A DNA stretch of 64,000 nucleotides from Octopus vulgaris (GCA_951406725.2 OX597817.1:75578001-75642000); one strand, 5' to 3'. Numbered from the stretch's first letter, positions 1 to 13,831 are shown. Program-made: numbers and translations. Notes: generated by a model not told the origin, from the sequence alone.

Positions 1-1351
1 ATCAAATATATAACTTCAGGGTCAAGTGTTAAATGAACTAATGAAAATTAATATTAAGAATAGATTCTCAAGAAAAAGAAAGACGTTATTTTTGGAAAGG
101 AACAATATAACCGAGTAGAGGAATTCATTTTATTAAAATTTTAAAGACAATCAATGGCCGACTAAATCAGAACTCGTGTATATTCACAGATGGAATAATG
201 TGAGCTTGATTTGCTCCACGTCTAACTCAGAAACTGGCATACAATATAATATTTTCTCTTTTCTCTTCTAAAACAATTACCAATAGCTAGAAGGACATTT
301 TCCATCCATTAAATAGTCACCTGACCTATTGAATTGTATTTAATACACCACATGTTTACACATAGGGATCAATATCATGTTTTCTGAATATTATTTATCG
401 CACAAATCCAAATACGTGTGTTTGTCATATGATAAATTAAATTAGCTTATTTTTTCGATATGTGCTTGAATCCTTACTGCATGATACGACTAATGCTGCT
501 TCTGAAAAGTAGTTATTTTCGGTATTGTATTAAAACAATACAAAACAAAAAAGTAATCAAAATTGTGCATCAGCACTAGAAGGTAAAAAACGAAGAAAGC
601 ATTATGGCATATTGGAAGAGGAGAAGAAGTTCGAATCTGCAATGGACAAGAAACCCAGAAATATTTCAGTCATATACCGTTAAGTACGTGTAGTAGAACA
701 GAAAATAGACATACTGAAATGACAATATATCATCAATAATGAATAGAGAGAAGAAAACCTGTGAAACGAAACAGAAGAGAATCGGATGTGATATACGGAA
801 ATTGCATGGAGCTGCAATGAAAGAAAACCTTGAAAACTAGAGAACAAGAGAGAAGAATATGAAAGGAAAAAATACTTTCAAACCAAGAGAACAAGCAAGG
901 TGGAATATGGAAGTTAATATTGAAATTGTACAGTTTTTCCATAAAATAGTCCCAATCTTAATAAATGTGTTATATTCTGCTAAGCTATATGAGAAGAATT
1001 AAGTTATAAAACTCCCACTAAGACTATTTTCTTTATTCTTCAACTTTTCAAATCATGAAAGATTCAATATAAAGAAATAAAGAAATATGTCAAAGAAAAG
1101 CAATGTTATATTTTCATAAGTTTATTTCTCGTTATTTAGAATTTTATTTTATCCTCTCAATCATATGTCTGATCACTTGCAAAGTAAAAGAAAAAAAAGA
1201 CAAACATATAGTTACATTTAAATTTTACTGGGTTGTATTGAACATAGACGAAATTTTGTAACGGATAAAATGAGCGCGCACGCGTAAATCTGGTTGTGTG
1301 AATATATATATATATAAATAAAAGCACATATATGTACATACATACATACAT

Positions 1352-1411
<60 letters not shown>

Positions 1412-1577
1412 GCGTGTGTGTGTGTGTGCGTGTGTATGTGTGTGTGTTTGTGCGTGCGTATATGTGAGAAAAATCTAAACATACATACAAACAAGAGGAT
1501 GAAAAAGAAAACATTTTGTATGTATATATGCATAATTATATTTACATTTGCATAATTGTTCATCCACACACGCACTC

Positions 1578-1658
<81 letters not shown>

Positions 1659-1670
1659 CATTATTATTAT
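1578..1670. repeat. (ATT)n microsatellite
   Basis: About 30 tandem ATT units seen directly; a compound (TACA)n/(CA)n/(TA)n/(TG)n tract lies at ~1300-1460. Confidence 0.95.
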
Positions 1671-2099
1671 TTTTTTTTATTAAAAAAAAATTAACCTTAC
1701 TAAAGTAAATAAATATGTATAAAAATAAATAATGCGTGCAGTACTGATAGAGTTATTAGGTGATACATATACATATGAAATTTCAATTTCGAAAAATAAA
1801 CTAATTTTGAATTTTATTTGCACAAATTAAATCAAATCACAGCTTCAGGAATCAAACCATTTTGTAACTATCGTTCGCAATTTGTATAATTTAGTTTTTG
1901 AATGTTCTGTCACAGAGTAGTTATTCACAAGTTTAGAAATGTTATTTAATATTTCTGAATCGATTATATCGATTTTTTCATACGATGTTGTGATTTTATT
2001 GCAATATCTTGCAATAAAAAAAATATATTTTTTAATCTAATATCAGCTTTCTTATTAGATTAGGAAAATAAATATATGTACTTTAAATATTTGGTATAA

Positions 2100-2965
2100 T
2101 AAAGGTTTCAAATTTAGGCATAAGGTCATCGACTTTGAGTGGAATGGGATTGTCACTACCATCAACCTTAGTACTAGGCTGGTACGTTACCTTATCGACT
2201 CCGAAGGGGGGAAGAGCAAAGTTGATAGCGGGATTTGAACTCAGAGTGAAAAAAATCTATTAGGCTTAGGATTTCATGACTTTCACCAATATCCTTGTAT
2301 ATAATGGTTTCAAATTTTGGCACAAAATCAGCAATTTTGAGGAAGGGGTTAAGACGATTAGATAGACCCAAATGCTAAACTGGCACTTAATTTATGGACC
2401 CTCAAAGGATGAAAGACAACGTCGACATTGGTGGCATTGGAATTCAGAACGCAAAGTCGGACGGAATGCCGCTAAGTACATTGTCCGGCGTGCTAACGGT
2501 TCTGTCCCATCATTGCCTTATATCTTTATATAAATGTTATGTCGTACGTTCCGAAACCTTCCACTCAACTCTCACCGCTACTCTGCTACTCAACTGTTCT
2601 AGTCTACTCTACTACTCTCACCGCTACTCTTCTACTCTCGACTCTAGTTTACTCGCTCACTAGTCTGACCTTGACGTCTAGACTTCTCCCTCTATATCTA
2701 CGTATTGGGCTAGCCTACTTCATCGTCTGGAGGCGCCCACACAATAAAAGAATTTCAAATTTTGGCACAAGGCCAGCAATCTTGAGGGAGGAAGTAAGAT
2801 GACTACATCGACCCCTGTACTAAACTGGTATTTATTTTATCAAACCCTAAAGGATGGATGGTAAAGTTGACCTCGGGGACATTTGAAATTAGGTCTTAAA
2901 GACAGACGAAATGCTGCTAAGCACTTTGTCCGGCGTGCTAACGGTTCTGCCAGCTCACTGCCTTG
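2100..2965 (-). mobile_element. Cluster of three decayed family-A tRNA-derived SINEs (~2100-2250, ~2305-2520, ~2750-2965)
   Basis: Each matches the reverse complement of the family-A body (GAAAGGATGAAAGGCAAAGTCGAC, ATTTGAACTCAGAACG, CGTGCTAACG.TTCTGCCAGCTC) with the TTTCAAATTTTGGCACAAGG tail. Confidence 0.75.
2535..2743. mobile_element. Probable solo LTR (209 bp)
   Basis: TG...CA termini (TGTTATG...CCCACACA) flanked by the 5-bp direct repeat ATAAA (2530-2534 and 2744-2748). GC-richer than the flanks, with internal CTACT-type repeats. Confidence 0.45.
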
Positions 2966-3043
2966 TATTTTTATATAGTAATAGCCGATAAAAATGCTGG
3001 TTGGTTCGTTGATTCTTCAGTTACGCTTTATATCGTATAGAAA

Positions 3044-3101
<58 letters not shown>

Positions 3102-3704
3102 TAACATAAGGGGTGCATGATAAGTGCACATGCTAGGCTTGGTGGCAGAAAGACGAGCAGAGGGCGTAAATGACGGAGTGATTTAGGAGCGGTGTTATAG
3201 AAACGAAAAGTTTGCTATATGTAATATTATTGTAAGGTAATAAATATTTTTCTTTTGGAAATTAGTATTGATTTCATCATTTTGTAAAAACACAAAGAAG
3301 TTTCATAAAAGTTAAACTACACTCATTGTATATATGCCATAGCCTTTGATATTACCCATGGTGATAAAAAAATAGGTTCAATGCCACACTCTATAATAAT
3401 ATAAGCAACTGAGAAATCTTTCCTTAGCATCAAAATTTGGTTTCGAATTAGAAAAAAAACAAAAACAAAAATCAAAAACGAATCCACTTATTTCAAAGCT
3501 GCTAACTGATTATAAGCTTTAACAGAAATCGTTTCGTAAATGAATGGTGATAAATAATATTATCACGTTCGGAATAAATTTAATTTCCTTTAAAATGAAA
3601 CAAGGAATTGCGACGGCACGAAATACATTTAGAAAAACATTGCTTTTAAAAAACAAAAGACATCCAACAAACATGTATTTAAGTTTCCTCGTTACTACTT
3701 CTCA

Positions 3705-3870
3705 GCTACCTTTTTGCTTGCTTCAGTCACTGGACTGCAGCCAAGCTGGGACACCGTAGTACTTATTTTTTTTAAAGCCCGGTTTTTATTCTATCGGTTT
3801 CTTATACCAAACCACTAAGTTACGGGAACGTAAACAGATCAGCATCAGTCGGGAAGAGGTGATATACGCA

Positions 3871-3934
<64 letters not shown>

Positions 3935-4115
3935 CATTCATACATACATGCATGCATTCATGACAGGTCTCTTTCAGTTTCTCTCAACCAAATCCACTAA
4001 GAAAGCTTTGGTCGGCTCGGGGCTATAGTAAAAGACACACGCCCAAGGTACCACGCGGAGGGACTGAACTCTGAACCATATTGAGAAGCAAGCAACTTTC
4101 CAGACAGCCATGCTT
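3705..4115 (-). mobile_element. Decayed family-B SINE with internal (TA)n
   Basis: Reverse complement matches the 37451-37862 copy (ggactgaac, cccaaggt, ttcagttt, gttacggg, cttcagtca). Confidence 0.75.
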
Positions 4116-4830
4116 GTATCTGTACCTTCATATCATGATAAATTGCTCTCTCTCACTGTCCGTCTCTTTTTCATTTCCTTTTCCCCTCTCTCTACTTTTT
4201 CATAATAATCCAATGTTTTGCCGAAATCAACAATGGTAATTGCTTCAAATTTTGGGGAAAGACCAGCAACTTTTGTGAGGAAAGTGTAAATCGATTACAA
4301 TGACCAACAACACTTCACAGCTACTTTATTTTATCTTTTCCGAAAGGATGAAAGGCAAAGTTAACCTGTGCAGGATCTAAAGATCTAAGAACCATCTTAG
4401 ATTGCATGAAGTTAGATTATATGACAAGTAGCAAACCTCTAATCGATAACAATATAGGTTCATTACTTATTTAGATTGAGAGCGTTAGCTTTTGTGATAG
4501 ATCAAAAATGTTCATTAGGCACACTTAAAAAAAGTTGATTCGTTTATAGTTGTCATAAGTTCAATATAACTGCTATTGGTATAATATACATTGGCACATT
4601 TATAATAGCAGTAATATGCTACAAGAACTTCATCAACAGCATTATAATGCTAATTTCAACGAAGCGTTGGCTTTGTAGCTGAAACTTGATGCTTCAAAGC
4701 GTCATAAGTGTAACTACCCTCCTGATTCTACAATATACGCTTGAGTGGTCAACATTGGTGTTCTACGGAGCTTGTACATTTCCTAACAAGTGAATGTATG
4801 AATATAGACATATGTATACACACACACGCG

Positions 4831-4871
<41 letters not shown>

Positions 4872-5143
4872 GCACGCACACACACGCGCACGCACACACA
4901 CACACAAACGAATTAATCAAATGCTCCTTCGTTGTTTTTGCCAGTTATAACATTTCTACAAATCTATTGTTTGAATTTCAGTAAGAATTGAGCTCGATAT
5001 TATTTAATAAGCATTCAATATTGCCAACGATTGGTATTGCAGTAAGAATCCGATAGTAGAAACTTAGAATGTTGGATTCAATAGCACGAAGAAATAACAA
5101 TGTTTGAATTGAAGATAAAACATGTAACAGCAAATAAGAAACA

Positions 5144-5293
5144 AAGTAGCTTGCTTACCAACCACATGGTTCCGGGTTCTGTCCCACTGCGTGGCACCTA
5201 GGAGAACTGTCTTCTATATAGCCCCTGACCGACCAAAGCCTTGTGAGTGGATTTGGTAGACGGAAACTGAAAGAAGGCCGTCGTATATATGTA

Positions 5294-5380
<87 letters not shown>

Positions 5381-5616
5381 GTGTGTATATGTTTGTTTGT
5401 CTGTGTTTGTTCCCCCTAACATCCCTTGACAATCGATGGTGGTGTGTTTACGTCCCCGCAACTTACCGGTTCGGCAAAGAGACCGATAGAATAAGTACTG
5501 GGCTTCCAAAGAATGAGTCCTATGGTCGATTTGCTCGACTAAAGGCGGTGCTCTTGTATGACCGCAGTCAAATGAAATGACTGAAACAAGTAAAAGAGTA
5601 AAAAAGAGTAAAGAGA
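5144..5616 (+). mobile_element. Family-B SINE, 5'-truncated at AAGTAGCTTGCT
   Basis: B-box-like GGTTCTGTCCC, CORE-like segment, internal (TA)n(TG)n and tail GACTGAAACAAGTAAAAGAGTAAAA. Confidence 0.9.
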
Positions 5617-6949
5617 GTCCACTTCAAGACAAGAAAGATCAAGACTGCTACTTATATATTAATCAACTTCCATTTAATTAACTGAGAGTCTTTATAAAGC
5701 AGTTGCCTCCTATTTTACATATACAGGCCAATACACGTGACACACACATGACATAAATACATGTGATATACGTGTTAAAATGAAATTAACAATAAAACTA
5801 ATTTCTTACTTCCTCCTTCACAAACAGTTCTTGATCAATCAAAATGTAATAAATGCTCTTTCATTATTCGGAGATATAGTTTGAAATCTTAGATTTATGA
5901 GAAACAATGAATTATTTACTCGAAGGTAAAATGAACATTTGAGATACTTTACCCCATGCAGAAACCGCAGGAGCTACTCAGATGTACTTACAAGCTCTTC
6001 TGAAACCTTTGTACTGTCGGAAACATTTCCGTGTAGTCAGCAAATATCTCAGGGTCACTAGCATTTCGCCCCTTAGCCTGCATGCTTCGCCTGATTGGGG
6101 CAGCGAAGATTCAATTAGTTTTCACCTACGGAAGAGTTGCACTTGCCGTCTTTTGTCCGCTACCTGATTTTCGCTGCCGTCCCTGTCTAGTTGGTGGCTT
6201 TCTTCAATTTGGGTACAAGACCCATCTTCTGCAGAAAACAACGCTCCAACCTAGCTGGAAAGCCGCAGTAGTCGACTTCAGTAAGGAATGAGCTGCGTGC
6301 CATCCCTTAACTTGATGTGGTATCTATTCTCGATAGCCGACGAAGTAGTTCAGTGGAGTTAATCATACTTTCTGAATAAACTGGACTCATTGAAGTAGAC
6401 TTAAACGTCAAACATTTTAAGATATTTCTTCTCGTCGTCCAATATGATATACACTCGACCACTTGACTTCTACATTGAAGCATTAATACGTCACTTAAAG
6501 ATTACGATTTATAGCGTTGTATCTAAGACATATCAGTTGGATATAAAAGCTTGTCAAATAGACAACTTTCCTGCATTTTACAACGGTGAGTTGTATCATT
6601 CATGGTACTTATAGCACAAGCATTTTATGAGTTGCCTTAATCACGATCTCAGCACTGGGCTTTTGAAGGGATATGAACTATGTATCTTTTGATTGGTACC
6701 CAGAGACTTTGATCTATTCATACTGCTGAGGCAAAGAAACCTATTATAACGAAAGAATAAAGTCATCAGAGGCAATTTGTTAGAAACAAAAGATCAGCTA
6801 CTTTCAAATCAACTGCGCTCTTTAAACATATTCGCAATTTAAATTTTTTTGATGCCATCAAAAATAAAGAACATATATCGGAGCTTATTTATTAAGAACA
6901 CGCATATACACATGCACATACATATATACATACACACACATACACAGGC

Positions 6950-7200
6950 AGATATCCAAGATTATATTTCAAGGAAGGCCACACGATTGGTTGACAAAAT
7001 ATTCATTCAACAACAACATTACAACATTTAGTCCACAGAAGAACTTCGTCAATTCTTTTGTATTACATCAGCATCTTCTCAAATAGCTCGATATATACTT
7101 CTTCACCCTGTACCTACCCAATGCAGAAATCATGCTTCCTCTTATCAATTCTATTGGTGTAATTCCGCCCAGACCCCGTATTCAGAAACTCTCCAAATTC
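6950..7200 (+). mobile_element. Possible 3' remnant of a CR1/L2-group LINE reverse transcriptase
   Basis: Translates to ..SRKATRLV.. and ..LQHLVHRRTSSILLYY.., resembling the QRKAxRL / LxxLxHRRxVxxLxLFY C-terminal motifs of CR1/L2-type ORF2. Frameshifted and short. Confidence 0.4.
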
Positions 7201-7404
7201 TTTCTTTGCAAAACGTCAAACCATCGAAAAACACATCCTGGACCCATGTCTTTCTTTTATTTAAAATTTTAACAACAGCCGTCAATATACAGATTTCCGA
7301 ACTAAATGCCAATCATGTTAAGCTTAATTGTCTCTGAAGAGAAAATCCGAAGATCAGGAGTATTGTCACTTTCTCCTGACAAACCCATAAATCTCAAATA
7401 CATT

Positions 7405-7785
7405 ATTGGCTTGTCAGGTAAATTCGCTGCTTTTACCCAATCATTTTAATCCTCATTTTTCAACAACTTTAGCAAACCAGCCAATATAGTCTCTTTTATT
7501 GTTCACAACTTCATGCCAACATTCCACTAGCTTGTCAATGCCTCACTGGCAGAAATCAGTGTTGACTCGAAGAATTTATCAAGCCATGTTTTCGGCTCCA
7601 CGAACAAATTTATCTGACAGCCCAATACATAGCAAATAGCTGAAACAAAACACTAAAAGTCGTGTTCTCATCTAATTATTTTATCCATTATTTTATCGGC
7701 TTGGATACACGTCCTGTTCGTTCATGTAATTAAATCAAAATAACATGAAAAGATTCCGTTATCTTGAAAGACATCCCTATCATAT
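7405..7785 (-). mobile_element. Internally deleted, old mariner remnant
   Basis: Minus strand gives KTWLDKFFES..GIDKLVECWHEVVNNKRDYI (~7480-7600), matching the mariner transposase C-terminus (GIxKLxxRWxKVxxxxGxY). TIRs only weakly recognisable. Confidence 0.55.
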
Positions 7786-8369
7786 TGAGAGAATTACACA
7801 TTATTTAACAGCAACAAAAGAAAATAGAACTAAGTGTTTATATACTACGTTTTTTTTTTAAACTGCTATTCAACATATTTTTGGGAACATCTCATATAAA
7901 GTTACATGGAATTAGATTGTATGACAAGTAGCAAATCCCTAATATTAACATGAATTATAATTAGTTGTATCACATTTACTGTAAGGCACTAATTAGAAAT
8001 TCATAAAGATCTAATTAGTAGACATTACACACAATTATCTGACGATTAAGCAAGCCAATAGACTTTCTTTCTTTCTTTCTTTCTTTATTTCTTTCAGTAA
8101 ACGCACATACATATATAATTACTTTTAATACCATTGTGAAATGCAATTAAGTTGAAGAAAGTACTCAATACCGCTAGGTTGAATGGAACAAAATTTATTC
8201 AAAGTCGAACCTGCGCGTGTCGCTATTTAGAGTTTCTCGTTTCCGCTTCTCCATACGATATGTCTGAGTTCTCTCTCACGACATCACACACAAACCATCA
8301 CTGTATATCCCGGGTTATGCTGTATGGTTCTCAATTGGGCGGAAACAGGCTATATCTGCAACTAAGGAA

Positions 8370-8500
8370 TCTGTTAGAAGTATCGCTAAACTGTTTGCAA
8401 GAGATCAGAGATGCCATAGAGATTAAACAACATCAAGAAGATAGCTGCCGAAAGACATGACGTTTAGGTTTAGATTTCAGTGATAAAAGTCAGATCCATG
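8370..8500 (+). mobile_element. Possible Penelope-like GIY-YIG C-terminal remnant
   Basis: EIRDAIEIKQH...LGLDFS resembles the xREAIEIKxH..NRDxG motif that ends PLE endonucleases. Short. Confidence 0.35.
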
Positions 8501-8615
8501 AGAACTCCCATTATTCGACACACATGACAAAATGTACACAGCTTCAATGTACACTAAGACCTGTCCTTCCTGCTAACTTTTTTCTATTAAGAAGATAATA
8601 CATTATACAATAGTA

Positions 8616-8845
8616 GCGGAGAGCTGGCAGAATTGTTAGCACGCCGGGCGAAATGCGTAGCTGTATTTCGTCTGCCGTTACGTTCTGAGTTCAAATTCCG
8701 CCGATGTCGACTTTGCCTTTCATCGTTTCGGGGTCGATAAATTAAGCACCAGTTATGCACTGGGGTCGATGTAATCGACTTAATCCGTTTGTCTGTCCTT
8801 GTTTTTCCCCTCTATGTTTATCCCCTTGTGGGTAGTAAAGAAACA
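8616..8845 (+). mobile_element. Family-A tRNA-derived SINE, near full length, tail type 1
   Basis: A-box-like TGGCAGAATTGTT, B-box GAGTTCAAATTCC, tail CCCCTTGTGGGTAGTAAAGAAA. Imperfect flanking repeat ATAATACATTAT. Confidence 0.9.
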
Positions 8846-8979
8846 TATAATACATTATTTACAAAAACATTTAATAATATGGAAGCAGCTAGGTGAAAGA
8901 GTTGACATAATAAGTATCGGTAAATTTTCAACATCTCAGAATATTAAAAAAAATTTGTATCTTTAATTTTAAAACTTTT

Positions 8980-9161
8980 TTTACTTGTTTCAGTCATTGA
9001 ACTTCAGCCATGCTGGGGCGCTCTTTTGAAGGGTTAAGTCGAACAAATCGACCACAGTATACATATATTTTAAAATTTTGTACTAATTCTCTGTCTTCTT
9101 TGACAACCGCTAAGTTATGGGAGGTAAACAAACTAACACCAGTTGTCATGCAGAGGGACAA

Positions 9162-9236
<75 letters not shown>

Positions 9237-9310
9237 CATACAACGGGCTTTTACAGCTTCGGTCTGCTAAATTGTCTCACAAGATACTGGTCGACCTGCT
9301 GCGCAGTATA
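8980..9310 (-). mobile_element. Decayed family-B SINE (3' two-thirds)
   Basis: ttttacttgtttcagtcattg tail, ccgctaagtta, internal (CA)n. Confidence 0.8.
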
Positions 9311-11138
9311 ACATAATCTGAAACCGCATATCTGCAAAGAGAGCTTCTTGTAAGCACAGCAATAGGCTGTGATTTGTAAGATATACGAAGAAAAGCAATC
9401 AAAAATTTTGTCAAGGACACAGACTCATTCTTCTCGGTATGCTTTCTATTAAAATTTTAGTCAATATATATTCTGGAGTTGTCATCCTTGACGGTCAAGA
9501 ATTATGATTAGGGCTAATAAATTTTCACTTTATCTAAAGGTGTAATGTTCTTTACATTAGTACTGGGGTTGGAATCAATGTTGACCTTGGAGGGGTTTAG
9601 GTGTCTCTCTAAGTAATCGATAAATATCTGAAACGTTTTTGATCATTAAGAGTGCCGAATTATTAGCGAACTAAATTTGGAAGAGCGCAGTAATTTAAGA
9701 CAATAATTTCCTGTTAGATATCGATGTAATGACTACTGTTTATGAAACATATATTTTACATTTAATATTTCGATTAGAGCAACATAATATGACCGAATTT
9801 ATATTTTCCTTCATCAATTTCATCAAGCATTTCCATTATATACGTTCAAATATTTCTTATTAAAAAGCGGCAAAAAATAAAACAAAAATGAAGGAATCAT
9901 TATTTTTACAGCAAGAATTTTTTCTATTAATCACACTTTATAGTTTTATCTTAGAAATTTACATGATGTGGGGGTCGATAACTTATCGACGAATCTATAA
10001 AGGAATTTGTATGTTAGGTCTACGCTTAAGAAGTTTTCTTATTATTGCTTTAAATTTCCTAATCAATAGTTTTTACTCAAAAATCCTCTGAGTCATTCTA
10101 AGTTATGTTAAGTATAAGCAAAACCATATTTTGTCAATGTTTAGGTTCATCCCTGCTTCCTAGAGTCAGAAAGCTAGGGATGAGCTCCCATTTCATTATA
10201 AAATGGTTTCATATGTTGTAATCTAATTTCTAATCACCTCTGTCTGACAAATTAACTCTTATGTATCCTCATCACGACACTAGCATCACTAAACTGGGGA
10301 GTGTGTGACAGCGAATGCTCGAAGCTCTAAAGGTCCAAATTCTTCATTCGAAATACAGTGTGTGTTTGCTTCACAATCCGATGGTTATTGGTGATCCTAA
10401 CCTCTGCATCTGTAGCTACCGTACAATGATCAGGAGTAAAACCAAAAGCAGTATTATCTTCCATGGCCTGACTGATTATTCCAGTCTGACAGTATCTTAG
10501 TGATTAGGTATATGCAACTTGATAAGACTGGGGCCCTTATTGTGAAAACAGCCAAGAAATTTCCTAAGAACCCACATCAAAGTAGGTTCATCCTCAGAGG
10601 AGGCAGGCTAAACTTGCCAGGTGTGAACCGAAACAGTTATAGATTACAGAGACATAAAGAAGTCTAATAAGGCCTGAACCGGCTTGGAGTTGCCACCGCG
10701 CTTATCTAAAAACAATCTCTTATGATAAAAGGCAGATTTTCTCTGCCTGTTCCCATGTTCCTTTTTAATACAATTCTGCAATATAGAATTTCTTCAATTG
10801 GAATTTACCTATGATTTTTCGAAGTAGATTTGATTGGGTCATGGCATATAAATGTTTTTCAATTTGACCGCCAATTAAGCAAAAATTCGAGAAAACTCAA
10901 TATTTTATGATTTACCTCTCTCATTTCAAGTGGTTTACTCCTGCTATTACCACCACACTTTCTCCTACTTTCTTCTTGCAAGTGTGAAACTATTAAAGTG
11001 AAAGTATTATATAATAGGGATGAGCCATTAATAGTGGTCATCCTTTTTGCCTGAGGAAGATCCGCTATGGTCTTATATGCTACACCACTGGTTTTCAATT
11101 CATATTAGTCAAATTAATATTCAATTTTTCACCCTTAT

Positions 11139-11171
<33 letters not shown>

Positions 11172-11757
11172 TAGCAATTCGTATAAAATTGCATCAATGA
11201 CTTGAACTTGAATAAGTGGTTTCACATAAATGGGGATAAATTAAAAAGGTTTGTTATTATTATTACTGTTTGACTATTGTAATCACGTTTGTTGGTTCCT
11301 CGTCAGGGAAACGATGTTGTGTTGCATTTGTTAAATAATTGTAAACCGTAACCTCTCCCTTTCGGAGAAGGGGCTTTGGTTATTGTTTAAAAATTGAATT
11401 GTGTCCCTGTTTGGGGAAATTGACAATATTTTCACCGTCTTTACGGAAGCATTTTTGTTAAAATGCCTTCGATAGAAGAAAGTCCAAAAATGAATTTCGC
11501 TGCAGCCGTACACTTCTATACAAGAGGGAGGACAAGATCCAATTGATCGAAATTGCAAGAGACGGGCCTACAATTCCAGTCTGTTATATATTTTGAGTAT
11601 TGCTATCACTAGCGATATCAAGATATAATTTTGTATTTTGTATTTTATGTGTAGATGTATATATATAGATGTACATGTAATATGTACACATATATATACA
11701 CATATATACATGCATAATATATCTACCCATACACACATACGCACACACACATAAATA

Positions 11758-11892
11758 GGGGCAGGTGTGGCTGTGTGGTAACAAACTACGTTCCAAACAC
11801 ATGGTCCTGGGTTCAGTCTCACTGTGTGGTGACTTGGCATGTGTCTTCTGCTGTAGCTTCAGACCAACAAAAGCCTTCTCAGTGGATTTTGT
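11758..11892 (+). mobile_element. Family-B SINE 5' part
   Basis: GGGCAGGTGTGGCTGTGTGGTAAC..GGGTTCAGTCTC..AGTGGATTT matches the family-B head. Confidence 0.8.
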
Positions 11893-11974
11893 ACATATAT
11901 ACAGGCACACATACATATATATACATGCATACGTACATATTCGGCATAAACACTCTACCACTACAACTAATAAA

Positions 11975-13640
11975 TGTTGGGAACACTTTAAAACCTGCCT
12001 TACATTCGAACCGGAATCTCAAAAGCATTGTCCCCTTCAGCGCCAAGCTCAACTGATCTATCCTGACATGGAGGGTATCAGCAATGAAATCTATAACAAA
12101 ACACTCATTGACATTGAAGACAGAATTGCTAAACTGGGTGGAAATGAATTGTCGACGTATGGCCTGCCACAAGCATTCAGGTCAGGGTCAAATAGCCTTC
12201 CTCCTGCTGTCATTCGTGAAACAACCTACGACACTCAAGCGCTTTCAAAGTACATTGTTGAAAATGAGCCTAAATAACTTCCGGACCAGCTGCAGGCCTA
12301 CAGAACTATTCTTAACAGTGTACGCCAACGCGAGGGACGAATCTTCTTCCTCGATGCTCCTGGAGGAACAGGAAAAACATTTATTACAAAGCTTCTCCTT
12401 GCAGAAGTTAGGTAGCATCAGGACATTGCAGTAGCTGTAGCCTCCTCTGGCATTGCAGCTACTTTGTTACCCGGTGGCAGGACAGCACACTCAACTTTTA
12501 AACTCCCTCTCAATTTAGCAGCATCCGAAATGCCTTCATGCAACATCAACAAAAGCTCATATCAGGGACAAGTACTTAAAATGTGTTATGTAATTATCTG
12601 GGATGAGTGCACTATGGCTCACAAGGGAGCTTTGGAAGCATTAGATAGAGCCCTGAAAGACATCCGAGACTGTCAGGCTCCAATGGGAGGTGTAACGCTT
12701 CTGTTGTCAGGTGATTTCAGGCAAACTTTTCCTGTCATTCCGAAAGGCACTAGAGCTGATGAAGTTCAAGCATGCCTAAAGTCCTCTACCCTTTGGCATC
12801 ATGTTACAGTCTTTAGTCTCACCACTAACATGAGAGCTCAGCTACACGGCGACAAAATGTCCACAAAGTTTGCACAGGACATTTTGACACTTGGTGAAGG
12901 CAAGATGCCTCTGGATGCTGCAGGACAAATGGAAGTGTGGTCATTTTCCTCTGTTGTTAATTCTGTAGATGACCTCAAAAACAAAGTCTTTCCCAACTTC
13001 ACACAAAACTACCAAAATCACAATTGGCTGTGCGAAAGAGCAATATTAGCTCCAAAAAACGTCGCTGTTAACAAAATTAATCAACAGCTAATGCATTCTC
13101 TTCCCGGCACTATGCACACTTACAAGTCTGTTGATACAATTCCAGATATAAATGAAGTTGTGAACTATCCTCCTGAATTTCTCAATTCACTGGAGCCTCC
13201 TGGACTACCTCCACACATATTAGCACTTAAAGTTGGAACTCCTGTAATGCTACTCCGCAATCTGGAACCACCAAGACTTTGCAATAGAACACGACTGGTA
13301 ATAAAGAAAATGATATCATACGTTATCGAGGCGATCATTCTTTCTAGATGTGGAAAAGGTGATGACGTCTTTATTCCAAGATTTCCTCTTACTCCATCAG
13401 GAGCAGAAATTCCATTTACATTCAGAAGTCTACAAATTCCCCCTTCGTGTCAGCTTTGCCATGTCCATTAACAAATCTCAGGGTCTAACCTTCTCTGTAG
13501 CTGGTCTTCTCTTGGAAGAGCCCTGCTTCTCGCACAGGCAACTGTATGATGGCTGCTCAAGAGTAGAAACCAAAAGAAACCTTTTTGTATATGCTCCACA
13601 AGGAAAAACAAGGAACATTGTTTACAACGAGGTGTTATAA
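11975..13640 (+). pseudogene. Helitron RepHel Pif1-family helicase domain, disrupted
   Basis: One reading frame through FFLDAPGGTGKTF (Walker A, ~12345-12383), AVASSGIAATLLPGGRTAHS, IIWDECTM, GDFRQ, LTTNMR, RAILAPKN, PVMLLRNL, then a frameshift near 13430 to FPLRVSFAMSINKSQG..TRNIVYNEVL*. In-frame stops at 12275-12277 and 12412-12414. Confidence 0.92.
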
Positions 13641-13831
13641 TCTCAACAGCCAGGAGGTATATACATGATCCCCCTTTTTTTAACAAATTTCATGTACTTT
13701 CATGTATTTATATTAATATACATATATTTGTGTGTGTGTGTGTGTGTGTGTGTATCCATATATATATATATAACGGAAAAGTCTAATTCTTCTACTGAAT
13801 GTAACTGGGCAACGCCGGGTATCTCTGCTAG
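11975..13831 (+). mobile_element. 5'-truncated Helitron with intact 3' terminus
   Basis: Pif1 helicase coding region followed by the subterminal hairpin CTGGGCAACGCCGGG (13805-13819) and CTAG|T at 13828-13832, the canonical Helitron 3' end. No Rep domain or 5' TC end found upstream. Confidence 0.9.

Noticed and set aside
5940-6360. GC-richer stretch with splice-like signals on the minus strand (TTTTCTGCAG; GTAAGT near 5990)
   Set aside because: No recognisable protein motif and no open frame spanning between the signals; cannot support an exon.
11280-11320. CUGACGA on the minus strand as a hammerhead
   Set aside because: No GAAA, valid NUH or stem I.
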